A stretch of DNA of 63,154 bases, filler included, from Octopus bimaculoides (taxonomy: Eukaryota), in the NCBI RefSeq assembly GCF_001194135.2. It is 4 parts of 4 records of this genome, joined end to end, with 100 filler letters (N's around TTAATTAATTAA, not from the genome) between each part and the next. Parts side by side here need not be neighbours in the genome. Positions count along the whole stretch, not along the records: positions 47,536 to 60,307 come from NC_068996.1; positions 60,408 to 63,154 come from NC_068990.1; 2 more parts are not named here. One strand, written 5' to 3'. Of the stretch, positions 55,500 to 63,154 are shown in pieces. The position numbers and the translations under genes are program-made. Each line of letters opens with the position of its first letter. Within the stretch, counting starts at the first letter, position 1. The notes below the pieces were generated by a model. It was not told the origin of the DNA, searched no databases, and saw only the letters and a program-made list of their open reading frames with translations.

Positions 55500-57610
55500 T
55501 TATAAGCTTTACTTTCTGAGCCATTTTTCATTACAGAAAATTTACATTAAGTAGCATGCGTGTTGAGCCTCTTAATAAGGAAATTATTAGTCGATTCTCG
55601 TTGTTTCTACTTCAGTTCGAAAACCTGTCTGAGATGATATTGCCTTAAATTTAGTAATTTTTTTCAAAAACAGACTTTAAATCTTCAAAAGAACTAATAT
55701 AAATAGTTGCAGTGAACATGCAAGAGTTCTGCTGATAATTTTGTAAAAATTTTTCAGTTATCATTCTATGTACAAAGACGAATTCAGACCAGGGAAAGTT
55801 TTTCAACAATATTTAATCGACGTATGAATGATTGTTTCTGCAGAGTACAGAAAGTAACCGTTCTCTATTTCAAGTTAAACGGCACTGTGAGCTGACTGAA
55901 TTCTTTGCAGCCAGAGGAGACAAAAACAGTTATATTTTTTCCTTGATTTACTCGAAATTCAAGTAACATGCAACATTACTCTCAATAGTAGGTTTGGGCA
56001 GCAAGCTTGACCATCATCTAACGTACACCTGTAATTAAAAATACCCAGAAACTGTCAATAATCTATGAAGAAATGATATTGTGGAATATCGTCCAGATTT
56101 AATAACTGAAATGCGCAAAGCTGACCTTAATGGAGTATATAGATGATTTAAATGAGTAGCGTATGTTTGAAGTTACACTCACATGCAACCTGATATAAGA
56201 ATTCATATTTTCATATGGTAATTAGTCTTCGAAATATGGGTAAAATAAGAAATTGAGATAATATTGTTATATTAGTCTCAGCAGAAATTCCGAGTGAAAA
56301 TGAAGATCTGCATGAACTTGTGAAGAAATTTATGATTCATCGATCCTGTGGCATAAGTTATTAGCAGACTTATAGATGAGGATCGTGTCAGAAGAAATTT
56401 CATAAAAGCTTCCGGGAAGAAACCGTTTAAAATGTAAACGGATATCCTGAATATCGTCGGCGTAATAGCGGATTGCAAGGTAAACGCTATTTCGTATGTA
56501 GTACCATATAATACATTTCTACTGCAAAATGTACCACTCACACCTTAATTTCGAAAAACGTTCATCTGTGAAATCTAATGAATACGTTTTAAAATACGTT
56601 TACAAAGGACACGATTGTGTTTCTTTAGAAATAAAACAATTCTGCCAACGACATTGTTATTATTACCGTCTGCTAATGACAAACTTCGAAAAAGAAATGA
56701 ATATGCGATACCAAAATAACATATCTTATTTATCGACACATCTCCTGAAGCGATGCGGAAGTTGTGACAATAAAAGATATATGAGATTTCAAAGATTACA
56801 GACTTGATATCCATCTTCCAGATCAAGAATGAATGTACTTTTGGAAAAGGTGAACCGCATCAAAATACAGAAGCTCAATGTCACTGCGATTCTACTTTAA
56901 TTTCATAGTTCAAACTGAAGTGTTTTCTTCAAATCCACATAATTTCTAATACGATGAAATTTCCACTCAGTATATTTTCAATGAAAGATAAAGAAAGTGG
57001 GCATCAAGAAAAAGAAATCACAATGTATATAAAAGTAGTCCAAGTGATCCAGAAAATTCTCACCTTTGCATGTTAATTAATACTTTATGTTCCTCGAGGA
57101 AGAAGCTGTCATGATTTGAAATCTGTTAAAGGAGAAATTATGTATGTATTCGTCTTGGACATAAGAAAATGATGAAATTCGTTTCACAAATGCTTACAAG
57201 TTATTACAGATGTAAAGAGACTTGTCAGAGGCAAGATAAAACTACTTAGTAGAGACTTCCGACAAGTTTTATCCGTAGCCAATGATCACACTAAGGTGAG
57301 TTTTGCAAATACTCTATTAACTTGCGTCATTATATTTACACGTGTACCTTCAACAAATTAATGGACAGGTGCTCAATGAACATAACGGTAAAGAATCTTT
57401 TCTGTATAATATTGTAATGAAGGCAGTGCAAGGAAATTTATCACTGTATAAAATTATCCTGTTTACTGAAAACTACAAGCAAAGAGTAGTGCCTTTTATC
57501 AACTACGATATAAGCATGTTACTTAAAAGTGAAAGAGGAGGAGAGAGAACAATTCAATGAGACATTGCCTAGACGACTTAGTAGCTCTCTGATTAGGTCG
57601 AATTTGCTAG
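55500..57610 (+). mobile_element. Helitron relic: degenerate Rep domain, internally deleted helicase, candidate 3' end
   Basis: KVFQQYLID (~55800), YTCN*KYPE, AEIPSENEDLHELVKKFMIHRSCG, NVNGYPEYRRR, YVLKYVYKGHD, RLDIHLPDQE, LLSRDFRQVL (Pif1 GGDFRQ motif). Imperfect hairpin at 57574-57600, then CTAG|T at 57607-57611. The 5' boundary is approximate. Confidence 0.88.
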
Positions 57611-57643
57611 TATTTTTATAACTGTTAACCATCCTTCCAGAAT

Positions 57644-57880
57644 TTTCGGCCAAATTATTTGGCGGAAAGACATAGAAACTTCATTTGAAGTTTTGCCGTC
57701 TCAGCCATAACAAGTCAGCCTACGCTGATTGGCCGAGCCGTATTTACGTAGGTGTGAATACTTTTTTTCAACAGTGACGCTTAAAATTCACAACTATTCA
57801 ATCATTAGTACTTTATCCATTCATTAATACTTTTCTATGGTTCTAGACCGGAATAATTTTCGTGGTTCAAAACCGGAAAA
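57644..57880. promoter_or_regulatory. Candidate promoter-like motif cluster: E2F-like dyad, CCAAT, two ETS-like sites
   Basis: tttcggccaaa-tta-tttggcggaaa 57644-57668; CTGATTGG 57725-57732; accggaa ~57847 and ~57872. Motif match only. Confidence 0.22.
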
Positions 57881-59248
57881 TCTGAGAGCTATGATTCAAA
57901 TCTCAGCCTGGTCCTCGATAGAAGTTTAACATTTAAAATTCAAGGGATCCAGTTTCTACTACGTTTACTACAGTCTTCTGTCATCACATCAAAACTACAA
58001 AATAACATTTTCGTGACGAATTGGACACTTGGACTTTGGACTATATCTAATATATGCCTATTCGTCTATCTACTCCCAGACGCTTACATTTTGTCTAGGT
58101 TTGTGTAATCATAGATATGCCCAGTCATCTAATCTATATATTTTCGTACACACGTGTGTGTCTATAATTGTGCATTAACATATATTTGTACGAATTTCTG
58201 CAGTGTATGAATAATTATATCATGTGTCGATATGAACACATATCTTTGTCTAGGTCCGCATATTTCCGAGCGTGGCTTTTCACCCTCAAATCGTATTACA
58301 TTTTTTTATATATATATGGTTCCGAATGCAATATTTTCTATAGATTTAAACGCTTTCTTAAGTAAGCACACACTTCATTTAAATGCTTCTGAGAAAGCTT
58401 TGGGATGTTGCACAAGTACTCAGTTCTGAATGCACTACTTCTTATAGCGGAAACAGCTGTTAACTAATGAAGCTGACTGTGTGATTCCTGTTCCATTGAC
58501 ATCCATTAACATCAATCTATTGTAATCAATGTGGTTCTCAATTAAATTTCGTGTACATTGATGCCCTAAAATTTGACATCTGCAGAGTTATATATAATAT
58601 TTATAATATTTATCATATTATTAATAACACTGCAAATCATTTAAATCCTAACTAGTTTTTTAAAAATTTATTCATTTATTTCTATCTTTTGAATGACCTC
58701 AATCCATTTGTCTGGCTCATTATCGTAAAATCATTTAATGTAATGAAACAACGTTACGAAAATCGATCAATTTATGCATCAAAATAAAATTTAAAAAAGC
58801 ATTTAAAAACATGGAGTTGATAAATTCATGCAGTTCTTTCTGTTGTTGTTCTTATTGATGTTGTTGTGACAGAGTGCTGGCAGAATTGTTAGAGCGTCAG
58901 AAAAAGAAAATGCATGGCATTATTTCTTCCGACACATTACGCCTACGCAAATAAGGCTCGGCCAGTCAACACTGACTGGTTTATCATGGTTGAGATGAAA
59001 AACTTCAAAGGAAATTAATGATTCCCCCCCCCCCGCCTGGCTCTAAATCCTAGAATGGATGGTTAACAACTATAAATGTACTGACAAACTCAAACTTATC
59101 AGAGAGCTACTGAGCAGCCTTGAGAAATGAGGTCAAATTCTGCTGAGATCGACTTGGTCTTTCACTCCTAAAGGGTCGATAAAATAAAATACTTGGGTTG
59201 ATATAATGGCCTTGTCCCTCCCCCAAAAGTTGATGGCCATGAGCCAAA

Positions 59249-59280
<32 letters not shown>

Positions 59281-59281
<1 letters not shown>

Positions 59282-59820
59282 GAGTGAGAGAGCAGAGCAT
59301 GCCATCAAAGTGACACTGGGGTAAAATATACGAAGCCCAGTATACCCATCATGACTACCCGTCTGATAAGGGTACACCAGGCACATGCATCACAACCATA
59401 TGTGCATGACATGGTGATGTTATATCAAGATAAACAGCGCATGACCTTGCACGTGGGGCCCAGTTAGAATTTTCTTCAGGTCGAGTAGCCCATCCCACTC
59501 AAATGGTCCTTAAATAAGGGTTGTTTAAGGATGTCGAAGGAAGCATCCGTATTTTCAAAGGTGAATTATCCAAACCCCAAACAATTCCTCTAAACACATG
59601 GCTATGATGCTCCCCCACTACTTCTGCTCATGATCAGAGATGCACATATCGTCAGCCACCAAAGGACATGCTCGACTGGTTAAGGTCGAACAACTGACAA
59701 ACAAATCTGTGGTATTAAGCAGAATATTTGCTATAGCCCAAGACAAAACAATGTACATGATAACACTTCCAATCAATTAAGATCAGAAGCTATGAGAGCC
59801 ACTGCCTGGTACTGCATCAA
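59281..59820 (-). mobile_element. About 540-bp retroposed repeat with (TAA)n tail; a 5'-truncated second copy lies at 42364-42485 (+)
   Basis: Both copies share the same 3' end ...atggcatg..ctgctctctcactc(aat)n, differ in 5' length, and are embedded in TAA tracts. Confidence 0.7.
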
Positions 59821-59821
59821 A

Positions 59822-60307
59822 ATTATTATTATGTTGTTATTTTTCTTCTTTCTTCAAATTTTCTTCCATTTCTCGCCGAGTGTTTTCCGTACACCTAGGC
59901 CAGAGAAACTCATTGTATGCATTCCCAGTTTACACACGTAAATTTACAGGTAAAATATGTATTTAAAAAAAAAAGATTCATGAATGGATGTTGTTTTCAC
60001 AGCGATAATGTTCTTCTCAGTACATGAGTCGTTCCAGTTAGCACGATTTTTTGCACTTCCTGTAGGGATGGTAAGCCTGGTATCATTTTCAAATAGGTTT
60101 CAGTACCTTTTTTTATCATTCCTAGAGATCCTACAATCACTGGTATGGTAGTCGCCTTGAGGTGCCACATTTTTTCAATTTCTATTAGCAAGTATTTATA
60201 TTTACTGATCTTGTCAAATTCTTTCGCCGCTATATTATGATCGCAGGGCATACTCATGTCAATTAATAAACACGTCTTCTTTGTCTGATCTTTTATAATA
60301 ATATCCG
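59822..60307 (-). mobile_element. R4/Dong-like LINE 3' end with restriction-like endonuclease and TAA-rich tail
   Basis: PDIIIKDQTKKTCLLIDMSMPCDHNIAAKEFDKISKYKYLLIEIEKMWHLKATTIPVIVGSLG is a typical PD-(D/E)xK RLE. A 3' UTR ending in taacataataataat follows. The 5' side runs into a gap. Confidence 0.85.
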
Positions 60308-60407
60308 NNNNNNNNNNNNNNNNNNNNNNNNNNNNNNNNNNNNNNNNNNNNTTAATTAATTAANNNNNNNNNNNNNNNNNNNNNNNNNNNNNNNNNNNNN
60401 NNNNNNN

Positions 60408-60451
<44 letters not shown>

Positions 60452-62310
60452 GTGTGTGTGCGTGTGTGTGTGTGTGTATGTATGTATTTACGTATGCATA
60501 TATGTATTGATGTTTACACGCGCACCTACATACACACGCACACTCATTATGCTTTATTATTATTATAATGAAGTATTACTGAGTTCAAATGCCACCGGTT
60601 CGACTTTACCTTTCATCCTTTCGGAGTCGATAAAATAAGTACCAATTGAGAACTGGGATTGATGTAATCAACATGCATACTCCTCCACAACCGCTGGCCT
60701 TACACCAAAATACGAAACCATTATCATATAGTATTATACCATACATGAGGCTAACACAATACAAGAGTACTCGATGCGTTTAATCGAGTAAATATTTAAT
60801 ATAGACAGTAATAGTTTCAGCTTAGATCACTGTCACTCAGAATTTTATGACCTTGTTATTCGTTAATTTCCAGTCAAAGTTAAGACGATGCAATGGTTAG
60901 CTCTTTTCTTCATAATTCGGACAGTGAGACGTATTCATTACAGTTGCTAACGCCGCCGGAAGTCTGACCGAGGAATCGATCTAAAACTTTAAGTATGATA
61001 TGTATTTTTGTGTGTGTCTCTGTGTGTGTATGTGTGTGTGTGGAGGCGCATGGCTTAGTGGTGAAGAGCGTTGCACATATGATCGTAAGATTGCGGTTTC
61101 AATTCCTGAACCGGATGATGCGTTGTGTCGTTAAGCAATGCACTTCGTTTCACGTTGCTCCCGTCCACTCAGCTGGCGAAAATTAGTAATCCTACGACAG
61201 CGGACTAGTGTAGAGTCCAAGGAGGAATATATACACCACAGAATCAGGTAAACCAACCTTATGAACCTATAACTTAAGAAGGACTTATTTTTTGTGTGCA
61301 GGCGTGGTTGTGTGGTAACAAACTTGCTTCCCAACCACATGGTTTGGGGTTCAGTCCCACTGCGTGTTACCTTGGGCAAGTGTCTTCTATTATAGCTTCG
61401 GGCCAACCAAAGCCTCGTGGGTGGATTTGGTAGATGGAAACTGAAAGAAGCCCGTCGTATATGTGTGTGTGTGCTTGCATGTCTGTGTTTGTCCCACCAC
61501 CATCGCTTGACAACCGATGTTGGCGTGTTTACGACCCTGTAATTTAGCGGCAAAAGAAACTGATAGAATAATTATTAGGCTTACAAAAGAATAAGTCCTT
61601 GGGTGGATTTGCTCGACTAAAGGCGATGCTCCAGCATGGCCGCAGTCAAATGACTGAAACAAATAAAAGAAAGAATAAATGAATATATATGTGAGTATCT
61701 GTGTATAGATTTTTGTACGTGTGTGTATGGATGTACGTATGTACACATATGTATTTTATATATAAATATTACATGTTTAGAGAAGCTGTGGGTTCGACCT
61801 CCAGGGGCAGCTTTCGATTCTTTCTATCCAAATGGATTTTTAACCTTATATTTGCACGTTATTATTTATAGCTTTATCTACTTCAAGATACATCGTTCTA
61901 AATAAGAATTTTATATAGATATTTATATATATATATATATATATAATTTTTTGTTACTTGTTTCACTTCCTAGACTGCGATCATGCTGGAGCACTGCCGT
62001 GAAGAATCTTAGTCAGGTACTTATACTAGCTGTGATGGTATGCTTACGTCCCCTTAATCGCTGAGTTAAGGATGTAAGCAGACTATCATCGGTTAGCAGG
62101 CGATGATGGGGAAGGACAAGCACAAACACCAAGACTCACACATAACACACACATACTCATACGATGGGCTTCTTTCAGTTTCCGTCCACCAAATTCACAC
62201 AAGGCTATAGAAGAGGACACTTGCCCAAGGTGCCACGCAGTAGGACTGAACCGGGACCCATATGGTTGGGAAGGAAACTTCTTACCACACAGCCACACCT
62301 GCACGTGCGT

Positions 62311-62394
<84 letters not shown>

Positions 62395-63108
62395 ATATAC
62401 ACACATATATAATATAAATATGTGTTTATACATAAGTCACTCTAAACATAAAAAGAAAATATAATGAAACATTATAAGAAATATATGTAAGAAGAGGAGA
62501 AATAAAAGTAGTTGACCTGTAACATAAAACATATTTAACCAGTAGTTAGTAGCTACAGAAAAATGTTAAAAGATTTATGTAGCATATAATCTTTTTTTAG
62601 GAGAAGAATATGCGCAACAAATATAAAAAGCAAACGGAGATAAAAATAAAGTAAGACTGAAAAGCAAACAGAAAGAAAGAAAGAAAGAAAGAAGTAAACA
62701 AAGAAAGAAAGAAAGAAAGGAAGAAAGGATTAGAGGAATAAAAAGAAGCAGTAAGTTTTGATTTAGGAATTACAATTATGTCATAATTCTCATCAAAACA
62801 AATGTGTGAATGCATGATAATTAAATTTAAATATAGCTTTCAATACGTCTAGAGTTTATTGTCGCAGTGTATAGAGATTTCGATACGTATTTGTGTGTGT
62901 GGTTGTGTGGGTGTGTGGGTGTGTGCGTGTACGTGTGTGTGCGTCTGTGTGTCTATGTGTGTGTGCATGTGTGTGTGTGTGTAAGTGTTTGTAAGTGTCT
63001 TTGTGTGTGTGTGTGTGTATATGTGTACATATATTTATATGCATATACATGTATATATATTATATACGTATATACATATGTATATATATGTATACATATC
63101 AACACATG

Positions 63109-63154
<46 letters not shown>

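Overview
AT-rich, repeat-saturated animal genomic DNA with many N-gaps. The SINE and microsatellite repertoire suggests an octopus (coleoid cephalopod); this is an inference. Only one host coding exon is well supported: the first coding exon of a TMTC4-like protein O-mannosyltransferase on the minus strand (CDS 46011-45680, with acceptor and donor visible). I found no further TMTC4 exons in the 45 kb downstream. The rest is transposon debris and simple repeats: a TIR-bounded Chapaev3-like DNA transposon (8893-11100) nested in an RLE-type LINE, several other RLE-LINE 3' fragments, a mariner relic, a Helitron relic with a candidate 3' hairpin-CTAG, an 800-bp foldback element, RTE and Tx1-like fragments, and dozens of tRNA-derived SINEs. 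Nearly all listed ORFs are microsatellite or gap artefacts. The most notable hidden signals are a type I hammerhead-ribozyme fold with a palindromic stem III (12470-12555) next to a perfect 46-bp palindrome, a 7-codon uORF whose stop overlaps the TMTC4 ATG, and a CpG-rich 94-aa ORF with three 8-aa repeats upstream of TMTC4. I see no convincing evidence of a wholly new multi-gene system. All alignments were made by eye against remembered family motifs; no database searches were run.
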